64,000 bases of DNA from an uncultured delta proteobacterium (GTDB lineage: Bacteria > Desulfobacterota > Syntrophia > Syntrophales > UBA5619). Positions 19,573-29,761 of this stretch are shown here, piece by piece. Under the pieces are notes generated by a model that saw only the letters and a list, made by a program, of their open reading frames with translations, searched no databases and had not been told where the DNA came from. The stretch spans positions 128,001 through 192,000 of the forward strand of contig CAWFOM010000008.1 in the NCBI GenBank assembly GCA_963817385.1. Reading direction: 5' to 3'. The stretch's first letter is position 1, and the number at the start of each line of letters is the position of its first letter. The position numbers were made by a program, and so were the translations under genes.

Positions 19573-21209
19573 TTAAAAATCTTTGAACTCCCCCTCATTC
19601 ATAGGAATCACCTGCTCCGGACGGGTGACCTTCTTGAACGCCTTGCCGCGGGCGGCAGACGTATTGCCGGCCGTCTTTGCCGGCAACGCCAATGCCGTGT
19701 GGGTGCCCACCTGTTCACGCCGTAAATCCCGGCCATTTCCCCCATGACTTCCCGTACCGTTATTTGTGCTGCCGCCCGCAACCCTCACCAGATCTTCCAC
19801 ATACACCTTTCATCTGCTCCGCCTGGGCGTTGAGCTCCTCCGAGGCCGCCGCGGATTCCTCCGCATTGGCCGCCGTCGACTGCGTCACCTTGTCCATCTC
19901 CGCCACCGCGATGTTCACCTGCTTAATCCCGTGCGATTGCTCCTCGGACGCCGTGGCGATCTCATCCACCAATTGTGCAATCTTTATTGAAATCGCCGCA
20001 TTCTCCTTGAACGCCTCCTGGGTGGCATTCGTCAGTTCATTGCCTTTGCGTACCGCCTTGATCGTGTTCTCAATCAGATTGCTCGTGTTCTTCGCCGCAT
20101 CCGAGGCCCGCATCGCCAGATTGCGCACCTCATCGGCCACTACGGCAAAACCGGCCCCCGCTTCCCCGGCCCGGGCCGCCTCCACCGCCGCATTCAAGGC
20201 CAGCAGGTTCGTCTGGAAGGCGATCTCATCGATCGTCTTGATGATCTTCCCCGTCTCTTCGCTCGACCGGGTGATCTCACCTACGGCGCCGGCCATGTCC
20301 ACCATATGCCGATTCACCTTCTCCACAATCTGATTGGCCTCCGTCATCATCGCCTTGGCCTGGTTTGCGTGATCGGCGTTCTGCTTGGTCATCGACGACA
20401 TCTCTTCCAGCGAAGAAGAGGTCTCCTCCAGCGACGAGGCCTGCTCCGAGGTCCCCTCCGCCAAGGACTGGCTCGACGAAGACACCTGACTGGCCGCCGA
20501 GGACACCTGGTCGGCGCCGTCCGTCAGACCGGCAATGACCCTGTTCAAAGGACCGGTGATGCTGCGGATAATAATGATGCTGATTCCGATGCCCAGCAAA
20601 ATGGAAACCAGGGAAAGAATAATCATAATCGTTGTTGCATTTCCTGCATCAGCCGTAATTTCTTTTTGAACGGCTACCATCTTATCCGAAGCCTCCGCCG
20701 CCATATCCTTCGCCGCTTTTTCTATTCTCCGCACAGGATCCTTGGCTTTTTCCAAAGCGTCGTTCCCCTCTTTTACGGACTTTACTTTTCCGTCCTTGAT
20801 CATGATCGTACAGAATATCAATCGCCGCCATCATACGTTTGAAGATCCTTTTTCATCTCATCGATGCGTTCTTTTTCTTTTGGATCGGTGATCGCTTTTT
20901 CCATATCAGCGACTCTCGCCGACACACTCGCCTGCTCTTTTTTCCAATCTTCAAAATAGACTTTTACCTTTTCGGGCTCTCATAATTTATCAGCATGTCC
21001 TTTTCATACCGGCGCAGTCCAAGGGTATTGGCGCGCGCCCTGGATGCATTCTCCGACATCTCGAAACTCGTATTCACCGCTTTGACTGTTGTGCCGGTAA
21101 TCTTTTTCACACTCCAGATACCAAATACTGCGATCAGAGTCGTCAATACCAGCACAATTCCAAATCCCGATAAGAGGTTTGTTTTTATACTCCTTTTTGT
21201 CATTTTCAT
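19573..21209 (-). CDS. methyl-accepting chemotaxis protein, several frameshifts (about 20968, 20820, 19808)
   Basis: Two TM helices; [38 protein letters not shown]-terminal EFKDF pentapeptide-like tail in a shifted frame. Confidence 0.9.
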
Positions 21210-21265
21210 AAGCACCTCCTTATGCTTTTTTCGAGCTGCCGCTTTCCAGCAGCGCCCATTATTTG

Positions 21266-21775
21266 TTACGCAGACTTGTCCATAATGGATATCTCTTCCG
21301 CGCTGAGCACCCGGTCGATATCCAGCAGGATCTTGACCTTTCCGCCGGTTTTGGCCATTCCCAGGATGTAATCCGTATTCAGATGGCTTCCGAAACTTGG
21401 GGTATCCTCGATATCGCTCCCCTTGATATTCAGAACCTCCGATACGGAATCCACCAGTATCCCGATCATCACCTTCTGGCCGTTGTTGGTGATCTCCACC
21501 ACGATGATACAGGTCTTCTCCGTGTAATCGATCGCCTCCATCCCGAACTTCAACCGCAGATCGACGATCGGTATCACCTTCCCCCGCAAATTGATCACCC
21601 CCTTCATGTAGGCCGGCGTCTGGGGAACCGTCGTGATCGCCATGATCCCGATGATCTCCTTCACCTTCAGGATGCCGATCCCGTACTCCTCCCCCGCCAA
21701 CACAAAGGTGAGATATTTCCCCTCGCGATTCGCCATCGCCTTCACCGCCTGATCCATTGTTCCAACTTCACCCAT
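21266..21775 (-). CDS. cheW: chemotaxis protein CheW
   Basis: YLTFVLAGEEYGI, GVINLRGKVIPIVDLR, GILVDSVSEV. Confidence 0.95.
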   Translation of the reverse strand: MGEVGTMDQAVKAMANREGKYLTFVLAGEEYGIGILKVKEIIGIMAITTVPQTPAYMKGVINLRGKVIPIVDLRLKFGMEAIDYTEKTCIIVVEITNNGQKVMIGILVDSVSEVLNIKGSDIEDTPSFGSHLNTDYILGMAKTGGKVKILLDIDRVLSAEEISIMDKSA

Positions 21776-21777
21776 AA

Positions 21778-22002
21778 TTATCGCACCTCCTCCGTTTTTT
21801 TGTGATCGCTCGCCGGATGATCCTCCCTGCGCCCATTTCCGGTAATCAGCCGTTCTATCTTCTCCAGGTCGAACCGCCAGGATTTCCCAAACTTGAATCC
21901 CGGCAACTTCCCTTTCGACGCCAAACTGCACACGGTGTTCTCCTTCAACCGGAGAAAGGCTGCAACCTCCCTGACTGTCGCCATTTGTATCCCTGTACGC
22001 AT
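21778..22002 (-). CDS. excisionase-like (HTH_17) DNA-binding protein
   Basis: TVREVAAFLRL...GKLPGFKFGKSWRF. Confidence 0.85.
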   Translation of the reverse strand: MRTGIQMATVREVAAFLRLKENTVCSLASKGKLPGFKFGKSWRFDLEKIERLITGNGRREDHPASDHKKTEEVR

Positions 22003-22155
22003 ACGTTTCTCCTCTCCGCCCTTCCTTCAGCAGGGGAACCGATTATGACTCCCTCCTTGCTCACACCTTTAGACTATATGCACCCTTCTTAATTTATGGG
22101 GGGCTTCATTCTTCCCGATACCGCAGCAACGAGGCGAAGGTGCCCGTACGCCCTT

Positions 22156-22533
22156 CTATTGCAGTTCCCGCTTTTCATTCATCCTCGTCAGAACGGCCGC
22201 GACATCGAGATAATCACTATCGTTATAGCTGACCATCCGGGGACGCAGGCGGTGTCCCATGGCCACCGTCTCATCGTCGCGATCCGGCAAAACCAGAATT
22301 ATCCTCATGCCCGACAACAGATCCTGCATGTCAAGGAGGTGCGAAAGCTCGTCCTTGCTGGCAGGGGCAAGGAGTACCACGTCCTTATAGTTGTACGGCT
22401 CGTGCAGCTTCTTCCCCAATCCCTCAAGATCCTGGTATTTCTCGATCCTGCGCTTCAAGAAAAAAAGGGCGATGATCCGCTCCAGGCGTTCACCTTGCTC
22501 GTTTGATACACTCAAATAGAATATGATGTTCAT
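22156..22533 (-). CDS. hypothetical protein, possibly degenerate receiver-like fold
   Basis: Alternating beta/alpha pattern, first gene after the sigma54 promoter. Confidence 0.6.
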   Translation of the reverse strand: MNIIFYLSVSNEQGERLERIIALFFLKRRIEKYQDLEGLGKKLHEPYNYKDVVLLAPASKDELSHLLDMQDLLSGMRIILVLPDRDDETVAMGHRLRPRMVSYNDSDYLDVAAVLTRMNEKRELQ

Positions 22534-22592
22534 GCATGCATCTCTTGTTACGGGTACAGGAACAATCTGATCGTTGCGACGTCTTCCCTATA

Positions 22593-22607
22593 TCAAGTTG
22601 CATGCCA
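22593..22607 (-). promoter_or_regulatory. sigma54 -24/-12 promoter
   Basis: TGGCAT-GCAAC-TTGA versus consensus TGGCAC-N5-TTGC; adjacent to an enhancer-binding protein gene. Confidence 0.7.
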
Positions 22608-22747
22608 GGGAGACGCAGTGAGCCGTGCTTTGCGCGGAGAATAAATATATTTCCGTGATTTTAGCTTGTTAGAGATACCGACGAATGTCTTTGAGTGGGG
22701 ATTGTTCGGGAAAAGAGGGGATGCCGTCATCGCCCGGGCGCCGATTT

Positions 22748-22808
22748 TATCCGGACCGGGAGGACTCCTGTCCGGCGTGGCAGGACGGTTGAGCGGCGCG
22801 GCAGGACA
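22748..22808. promoter_or_regulatory. putative upstream activating sequence, three phased sites
   Basis: AGGAC at 22761, 22782 and 22803 (21-bp period), within imperfect TGTCC..GGACA-like palindromes. Confidence 0.6.
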
Positions 22809-22823
22809 AACTGACAGAAGGTT

Positions 22824-24278
22824 TTACAAAGAGATACTCATCCCGTGCCGCCGCAGCAGTTCGTAAAGACGGGAGCGGGAAAGGCCGGAGATACGGGCGG
22901 CGGCGCCGATCTTATGGCCGCTGAAAGACAAAAGGTTTTTCAGATACTCTGCTTCCGCCTTATCGAGAGCCAGGTCGCGCACATCCTGGAGTGTCGGAAA
23001 ACCGGGCTCCGGACTCCCGGGCGGACACCCGTAATCGGACGAGGCGGAATCGTCATTCGATCCTTCCGGGATGACTGTCTCTATCTCCTTTTGCTGCCGG
23101 CCGAGGGCGGTCTGGGCGACTTTGATGCGGATATTGGTCGGAAGGTGTTTGAGGAATACCGTGGCTTCATGTTTCGCGACGGCAATAACCCGTTCGAGCG
23201 TCAGAACCAGTTCCCGGACATTCCCCGGCCATTCATACCGGATAAGGGCATCCTGGACATCCGGGGAGATCTCCTTGATCGGGATTCCGTACCGCTCGGA
23301 AAGTTTGGCCATGTAATGCCACGCCAATTCGCTGATATCCTCCGGACGCTTTCTCAACGGCGGTATCTCGATCGTGAAAGAGCGCAGGCGGTAGAGGAGA
23401 TCATTGCGAAAGAGGCCCTGCTGGATCATTTCATCCAGATTGCGATTGGTGGCGGCGATGAGCCGGAAATTGCTCTCTACCTCATGATTGCTTCCCAGGG
23501 GCCGAAAACGCCTCTCCTGGAGGACGCGGAGAAACCCCTTCTGGATGGCCATGGGGAGTTCGCCGACCTCATCGAGAAAGAGCGTCCCGCCGTCCGCCTG
23601 TTTGATCAGTCCTTCACTGGCCGTTTCGGCGCCGGTATACGCCCCTTTCTCATGACCGAACAGCATGCTCTCCACGAGGGTGTCCGTGAGTGATGCACAA
23701 TCGACCACGACAAAATTTTTCCTACCCGTCTGACTGTTGCGATGGATGGCCCAGGCGAGGAGCTCCTTTCCCGTGCCGGTTTCGCCGGTTATGAGGACAT
23801 TCGCCGACGAATCCGCCGCCTGGGCAACATTGTCGAGGCAGATCATCATCGCGGTGCTGCTTCCCACGATTCCGTCCCGGTCAAGGGGTCTTTTCGGCTT
23901 CCGGATGTTGACTGCTTCCCGATACTTGATGGCCCTGGTCAAGGGTAGAATCATCTCGTTGAGGGAGAAAGGCTTCTCTATGTAATCCCACGCGCCGTTG
24001 TTGATGGCCAGTTCGGCGCCGTCGGCATCGCCTCTGCCGGTCATGATGATCACCTCCGGGGGAACGGGAAGATTCCGGATGACATTGAGCGCTTCAAGAC
24101 CGTTTCCATCGGGCATGAGAACATCGAGGTAGACGACATCAATGGGCTGGGATCTCACCTTTTCCAGGGCATCCGCCAAGGTGTAGGAATTCGAAACCTG
24201 GTGTCCGATACCGGCAATACGGCAGGCCAAGCCATCGCCGAGCAGCTTGTCATCATCGACAATCAGGATGTTTGCCAT
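22824..24278 (-). CDS. sigma54-dependent response regulator (NtrC family)
   Basis: Receiver domain, GETGTGKE, GAYTGA, LFLDEVGE, WPGNVREL, Fis HTH. Confidence 0.95.
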   Translation of the reverse strand: MANILIVDDDKLLGDGLACRIAGIGHQVSNSYTLADALEKVRSQPIDVVYLDVLMPDGNGLEALNVIRNLPVPPEVIIMTGRGDADGAELAINNGAWDYIEKPFSLNEMILPLTRAIKYREAVNIRKPKRPLDRDGIVGSSTAMMICLDNVAQAADSSANVLITGETGTGKELLAWAIHRNSQTGRKNFVVVDCASLTDTLVESMLFGHEKGAYTGAETASEGLIKQADGGTLFLDEVGELPMAIQKGFLRVLQERRFRPLGSNHEVESNFRLIAATNRNLDEMIQQGLFRNDLLYRLRSFTIEIPPLRKRPEDISELAWHYMAKLSERYGIPIKEISPDVQDALIRYEWPGNVRELVLTLERVIAVAKHEATVFLKHLPTNIRIKVAQTALGRQQKEIETVIPEGSNDDSASSDYGCPPGSPEPGFPTLQDVRDLALDKAEAEYLKNLLSFSGHKIGAAARISGLSRSRLYELLRRHGMSISL

Positions 24279-24507
24279 GGTGTTTTCATCTCCACGGTTC
24301 GGCTCACAAAATCAAAACCGGTCGCGGTGTGCCGCCCTGTTTCATCAGGAAGGCCGAGACCTCGTTGACCGTGGGTTCTCCATAGGAGAGGAAGATCAAG
24401 CCGCACGGTTACGAAAAAAAGGGGATCATAAATGACCCCCGGGGTGTTCGTAATTGATGATGCGGGTTGCCTGAAGATCTTTCTTGCACCAGGCGAAGGT
24501 CACCGGC

Positions 24508-24789
24508 CTATTTCTTCCTGTCGACCCGCTCTTTTAGCTCCTTGCCGACCTTGAAGAACGGGAGCTTTTTGGGAGAAACCTTGATGCTCTTTCCGGTCTT
24601 GGGGTTTCTTCCCGTATAGGCGTCATATTTCCGTACGACGAAGCTTCCGAATCCGCGGATTTCAATCCGGCCGCTTTTTTTCAGTTCATCGGTAAACCCT
24701 TTAAATACCAGGCTTACCACGTCAATCGCCTTCTTTTCCGTCAGGTTTTCTTTTCTACTTAACGTCTCAATGAGTCCCGATTTGTTCAT
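24508..24789 (-). CDS. ihfB: integration host factor beta-like protein
   Basis: RIEIRGFGSF, GRNPKTG, PFFKVGKELKERV. Confidence 0.8.
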   Translation of the reverse strand: MNKSGLIETLSRKENLTEKKAIDVVSLVFKGFTDELKKSGRIEIRGFGSFVVRKYDAYTGRNPKTGKSIKVSPKKLPFFKVGKELKERVDRKK

Positions 24790-24879
24790 GACCTCCTCCT
24801 TATGATGGCTGATCACGTCCCATTCCGATACCCTCGGCTAAACATCGGGTCGGTTCAAATAACGTGATAATATATATCT

Positions 24880-25662
24880 TTATTTTCGGCGACTATTATT
24901 TATTTTCAAATGAATGTCAAGACAATTTTTTCCCTCTTGCCCGCCTCTTGCTAGCGCCAAAAGCCGAGCTACTTCCCGCGGGTTCAGCATGCGCCACGAT
25001 CCCTCGCGGAGGGAGCCGAGGGAGAAATCCGCCACGGCGACGCGCACCAGGCGGGCGACACAATGGCCGAGTGAGTCGAATGCCCTCCTGATAACGCGGT
25101 TTCTTCCGTCGGTGATGGTGAGGGAAAGCCAGGTGCTCCCCCGGTTCGTCTTTTCGAGACGGATGTCAGCCGGAGCGAATCTTCCGTCGGGCAGGTCAAT
25201 CCCGTTTTCCAGGGCCTTGAGTTCCCCTTTGAGGAGAGTCCCCTCCACCTTGACGCGGTAGGTCTTCGGGATCCTGTACCGGGGATGCTGAAGTCGCTGG
25301 GCAAACTCCCCGTCGTTGGTCAGGATGAGGAGCCCCTCCGAGTCATAGTCCAGTCGTCCGACGGGGTATACGCGCTCCATCACCCCGTTGAGAAGATCCG
25401 TCACGATTGGCCGGCCCTGCGGATCGCTCAAGGTCGTCACATACCCCTGCGGCTTGTGCAGCATGAGATAGATCCGTTCGGCTTCCAGTGAGACCAGCCT
25501 GCCGTCCACCCGGATTTCATCCCGCTCGGGATCTGCCTTCGTTCCCGGCTCGGTCACCACGACCCCGTTTACCCGGATCCGCCCCTGGGCCATCATCTTT
25601 TCCGCCGCTCGCCGGGATGAGATGCCCGCCCTCGAGAGGATCTTCTGCAGACGCTCTTCCAT
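24880..25662 (-). CDS. rluB: rRNA pseudouridine synthase, RluB/RsuA family
   Basis: S4 domain ERLQKILSRAG.SRR, VGRLDYDSEGL, GRNR. Confidence 0.85.
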   Translation of the reverse strand: MEERLQKILSRAGISSRRAAEKMMAQGRIRVNGVVVTEPGTKADPERDEIRVDGRLVSLEAERIYLMLHKPQGYVTTLSDPQGRPIVTDLLNGVMERVYPVGRLDYDSEGLLILTNDGEFAQRLQHPRYRIPKTYRVKVEGTLLKGELKALENGIDLPDGRFAPADIRLEKTNRGSTWLSLTITDGRNRVIRRAFDSLGHCVARLVRVAVADFSLGSLREGSWRMLNPREVARLLALARGGQEGKNCLDIHLKINNSRRK

Positions 25663-25666
25663 GCCC

Positions 25667-26224
25667 CTACTCTTGCTGCTTTCCAAAATCAGCTTCCGAA
25701 GCGGTCTCCTGCAAATCCTTCAATTCTCTGAGCGTCGGCAATTCGGACAGATCCCTGAGGTTGAAGACCTCGAGAAATTTCTTGGTGGTTCCGTAGATGA
25801 TCGGTTTGCCGGGGACATCCTTTCTGCCGACGATCCGGACAAGCTTCTTGTCCAGAAGCCCCTTCAGGGCGCCGCTCACATCGACGCCGCGTATCCGGTC
25901 GATCTCGGATTTCACGAGCGGCTGACGGTAGGCGATCACCGCCAGGGTCTCAAGGGCGGCCGGCGACAGCATCGCGGGCCGTGCGGCCTTCAATTTCCTG
26001 ATCCAGGGAGCCAGGTCCTGCCTCGTTCTGAACTGGAAACCGCCGGCTACCTGCATGAGGCGAATCCCCCCTCCCCGCGCTTCGTATTCCCGTCCCAGCT
26101 CCTCAAGGAGAGCAGTGATCTCCTTCTTCTCCGCATCAGGGAGAATCTCCGCCACCCGCTCAGGCGTAAGAGGAGTTTCTGAGGCGAAGATGAGCGCTTC
26201 GATGATCGCCGTCTTTTCTTCCAT
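25667..26224 (-). CDS. scpB: SMC-Scp complex subunit ScpB
   Basis: IIEALIFAS, LSPAALETLAVIAYRQP, IRGVD, YGTTKKFL. Confidence 0.93.
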   Translation of the reverse strand: MEEKTAIIEALIFASETPLTPERVAEILPDAEKKEITALLEELGREYEARGGGIRLMQVAGGFQFRTRQDLAPWIRKLKAARPAMLSPAALETLAVIAYRQPLVKSEIDRIRGVDVSGALKGLLDKKLVRIVGRKDVPGKPIIYGTTKKFLEVFNLRDLSELPTLRELKDLQETASEADFGKQQE

Positions 26225-26226
26225 GA

Positions 26227-26950
26227 TCACTCCACCGCCAGAAACAACCGTGATTGCTCCGAAGGGTCCCGACTGATAGGCCCGGATCATCCGGAGTTTC
26301 ATGAGTTCAAGGATCGCCAGAAAGGTGTAGATGATCCGCTTCCTGTCCAATGTATCTCCGAGCAGTTCCGTGAACGTCACCTGTTTTTCTTCCGCCAATC
26401 TCTCCATGATCTCGTTGATCCGGTCGGTCAGCGACATCTTCTCCGCATCGATTGCCAGATCCTCCGACTTGTCGAGGCCTGCAATGATCCGGCGAAATGC
26501 CTGAACGAGTTCGAATACGTCGACCTCGATCATCGCTTCTTCCTCTTCTTCCGCTTCCGCCGGCTCTTCCGCGGGCGCGCCCCGGGTAAAGACATCCCGG
26601 TCAAGAAGAGGACGATCATCAAGAGAGAGCGCCGCTTCCTTGAACGCCTGGTACTCCAGAAGTTGCTGGACCAGTTCCGCGCGGGGATCTTCCCCCTCCT
26701 CCCCTTCCGCATCACTCTCGACCGGCGGCAGGAGCAGCCGCGACTTGATATGGATGAGCGTCGAGGCCAGCACCAGGTATTCCCCGGCGAGATCCAGATT
26801 CAGAGAACGCATCATATCGAGGTATTCCAGGTACTGCTCGGTGATCAGGGCAATGGGGATATTGTAGATATCGATCTCATTTTTCCGGATGAGATAGAGC
26901 AGAAGATCCAGGGGACCCTCAAAGATGTCGAGCTTGATTTCATAGCTCAT
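26227..26950 (-). CDS. scpA: segregation and condensation protein ScpA, apparent frameshift near 26251
   Basis: FEGPLDLLL, TFLAILEL; deleting one base gives ...AIRLFLAVE-stop at 26227 just before the scpB ATG. Confidence 0.9.
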
Positions 26951-27941
26951 GGTTTATTTTCAGGGCTTCCCGCACTTCCGCCAGTGTGGCCTTCGCGATC
27001 CCGGCGGCCCGGACATTGCCGTCTTGAATGATCGCCCTGACCTCTTCGGGATGGGCCAGGTAGTGCGCCCGTCGCTCATGGATCGGCCGCATCCCTTCCG
27101 CAACGGCATCGGCCAGCCGCCGCTTGCATTCCGTGCAGCCGATGGCCGCACTCCGGCAGGCGGGTTCAATCTCCGCGACCGTCTCCGGAAGCGAGTAGAG
27201 CTGGTGAAAGGTGTAGACGTTGCAGAGTTCCGGACGGCCGGGATCGCTTTTCCGCTGTCGCTGCGGATCGGTGAACATTGCCGCGACCTTCTTTTGCAGG
27301 GCTTCTCCCCGATCGCTCATGAAGATCGAATTATCGTAGGATTTGCTCATCTTCCTCCCGTCGATGCCCAGGAGTTTCGGGACCTCCGCAAGGAGCGGCT
27401 CGGGGATGGGAAAGATCTCCCCATAGAGAAAATTGAAACGGCGGGCGATCTCCCGCGTCAACTCCACATGGGGGAGCTGATCGACGCCGACCGGCACGCC
27501 GTAGGCCTTGTACATGATGATGTCCGCCGCCTGAAGGACCGGATAGCCGAGAAAGCCGAACGTCGAGAGGTCTTTCCCGATAAGCTCCTCCTTCATCTCC
27601 TTGTAGGTCGGATTCCTCTCCAGCCAGGCAAGGGGGGTGATCATGGAGAGCAACAGAAAAAGCTCGGCATGTTCCTTGATGGTCGACTGGACGAAAAGCG
27701 TGCTTTTCGCCGGATCCAGACCGGCAGAGAGCCAGTCGATTACCATGTCGATCGTGTTCGCCCGGATTTCGTCCGTTTTCGCGTAGTCGCTCGTGAGCGC
27801 GTGCCAGTCGGCTACAAAGTAGTAGCAGTCGTACGCGCCATGATTCTGAAGGGCGATCCAGTTCGAAAGCGCACCGTGAAGATTGCCCAGATGGAGCTTT
27901 CCCGTGGGTCGCATCCCGCTCAAAATCCGTTTTCTGATCAC
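26940..27941 (-). CDS. trpS: tryptophan--tRNA ligase
   Basis: SGMRPTGKLHLGN, YPVLQAADI, KMSKS; GTG start after GAGGAGG. Confidence 0.96.
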   Translation of the reverse strand: MIRKRILSGMRPTGKLHLGNLHGALSNWIALQNHGAYDCYYFVADWHALTSDYAKTDEIRANTIDMVIDWLSAGLDPAKSTLFVQSTIKEHAELFLLLSMITPLAWLERNPTYKEMKEELIGKDLSTFGFLGYPVLQAADIIMYKAYGVPVGVDQLPHVELTREIARRFNFLYGEIFPIPEPLLAEVPKLLGIDGRKMSKSYDNSIFMSDRGEALQKKVAAMFTDPQRQRKSDPGRPELCNVYTFHQLYSLPETVAEIEPACRSAAIGCTECKRRLADAVAEGMRPIHERRAHYLAHPEEVRAIIQDGNVRAAGIAKATLAEVREALKINHEL

Positions 27942-28036
27942 CGAGACCTCCTCGCTTGAGAACCCTCTCTGCAACGAAAATGCCTCCATTAAAAAATAAA
28001 TGGAGGCCTTTTCGGTTCGACTCGTCAGTAATCCGG

Positions 28037-28309
28037 TTATTTTACTTTGTCTGCCATCGCCTTGCCTGCCTTGAACTTGATGACTTTCTTCGCTGCAATC
28101 TTGATGGTCTTTCCCGTCTGCGGGTTCCTTCCTTCCCTGGCCTTCCTCTTCACCACGGAAAATGTTCCGAACCCTACCAGTCCGAGTTTACCGCTTTTCT
28201 TGAGTTCCTTCGCCACTGCCGTGGTATAGGCCTCCAGTGCACACGCCGCGGCCGCCTTCGTAATGTCCGCCCCTTCCGCCATCACCGCAATCAATTCTGC
28301 CTTTGTCAT
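28037..28309 (-). CDS. hup: HU family DNA-binding protein
   Basis: MTKAELI, GFGTF, GRNPQTG, FKAGK. Confidence 0.92.
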   Translation of the reverse strand: MTKAELIAVMAEGADITKAAAACALEAYTTAVAKELKKSGKLGLVGFGTFSVVKRKAREGRNPQTGKTIKIAAKKVIKFKAGKAMADKVK

Positions 28310-28727
28310 TCCTTACATCCCCCTTTCATCAATAGTTTTTAATGGAACATAACATCACACCACCACCCGGTGGCTAAACACCTATCGATTTATCCCCGGA
28401 GAACGGGACACACACCAGTACAAACACCATCTTCTCTCTGTCACTCATTATACCCGATGCTGCGAATATAAGCGGTGCTAACCGGAAACGGTGCATATTG
28501 TTTCAATATACCGAAAATTGTTAATGATTTATAGAGCAATCGCTTCGCGATCCGAACTTGGGGTTATCCCTAACACAAAGAAAAACAACAATCAAGAAAA
28601 ATCTAATATAATTAATCAAAATGAACGACAAAAAATCGGCAGCCCGGAAATGGCGGTGGTTTGACAATGATCGGGCTTTGTGTTACTCCACTGGCGGGCA
28701 CAAGAGAAGGGATGAAAGATAAATCGG

Positions 28728-29657
28728 ATGGCGCAGAGAGATACAGACATCAGAACGAAGATCGCCGGATGGATCGGATTGTCGCGCCCGCCCTTCCACA
28801 CCGTCGGGATACTGCCTTTCCTTCTCGGAACAGTGTTGGCCTGGCGTCTGGACAAAATCTTCAATATCACTACCTTCGCTCTCGGCGTCCTCGGCGTTGC
28901 ACTGGTCATGCTTTCGACCTACCATGCCGGTGAGTATTTCTCCGACGGGGAGGATGAACGATCCAAGCGCCTCTTCCGGCGCCGTTTCGCCGGAGGAGCG
29001 GGGGTGATCCCGGATCGGATGCTCCCCCGCCCCGTCGCTCTGTGGACCGGCATCATCGCGATCACCCTAGCCGTGATCATTGGGCTCATCCTCCAATTCG
29101 GACTGCAAACCGGCCCGCTCACGCTCCTGCTGGGCTGCATTGGCGTGCTCCCCGGAGTTTTCTACTCCACACGGCTCATCCGCCTGGCAGAAAAGGGGTT
29201 CGGCGAACTGTTCATCGGTTTCTGCTATAGCTGGCTCCCAATCGCCTCCGCCTTCTATATCCAGCGGGGTTACATCGCCCCTTGCATCCACTGGATGGCC
29301 TGGCCGATCGGGCTTTCCATCTTCAACGTCATCCTGCTCAACGAGTTTCTGGGTCTGCCTGCCGACACGCTCGACGGCAAGATGAATCTCCTCGTCCGGT
29401 TGGGAAAGGCCAACGGGATGGCACTCTATGTCCTGGTCTCTATCCTCTCCTGGTCCTGCATGTATTTTTCTCTTAGGACGGGCATTCCGAGAAAGGCCCT
29501 TTATCTCTACTTGCCCGTGATGGCCCTGTCGGCGTGGATTTGTCTGATGATGGCCAGAAAGAAATACGAAAACCCCCTTTTCCTGGAACTGCTCTGCGGA
29601 CTCACCATCGCCGTCAATCTCGGCACTACGGTCGCCTACATGCTGGCATTTCTCTGA
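28728..29657 (+). CDS. UbiA/MenA-family prenyltransferase (divergent)
   Basis: SRPPF, FAGG.G, GFGE, LLNEF...D...GK.NL.VRLG; multi-TM. Confidence 0.75.
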   Translation: MAQRDTDIRTKIAGWIGLSRPPFHTVGILPFLLGTVLAWRLDKIFNITTFALGVLGVALVMLSTYHAGEYFSDGEDERSKRLFRRRFAGGAGVIPDRMLPRPVALWTGIIAITLAVIIGLILQFGLQTGPLTLLLGCIGVLPGVFYSTRLIRLAEKGFGELFIGFCYSWLPIASAFYIQRGYIAPCIHWMAWPIGLSIFNVILLNEFLGLPADTLDGKMNLLVRLGKANGMALYVLVSILSWSCMYFSLRTGIPRKALYLYLPVMALSAWICLMMARKKYENPLFLELLCGLTIAVNLGTTVAYMLAFL

Positions 29658-29761
29658 TCCGTCCCGTGGCCGGTACAGTCTTCCACAGGTAATTGACTTT
29701 GAAAAGCTCCGCACCTTCACCCGGAAATCTTAGCAGGCCGAGCGCAAAAGACGATTGTCCC

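Noticed and set aside
21778..22002. Prophage or ICE marker (excisionase)
   Set aside because: No integrase, att site or phage genes nearby; it sits inside a chemotaxis-related unit
25667..26950. Apparent 427-aa ScpA-ScpB fusion
   Set aside because: Removing one base near 26251 gives a normal ScpA end (IRLFLAVE-stop) 2 nt before the scpB ATG, matching the window-wide insertion error pattern
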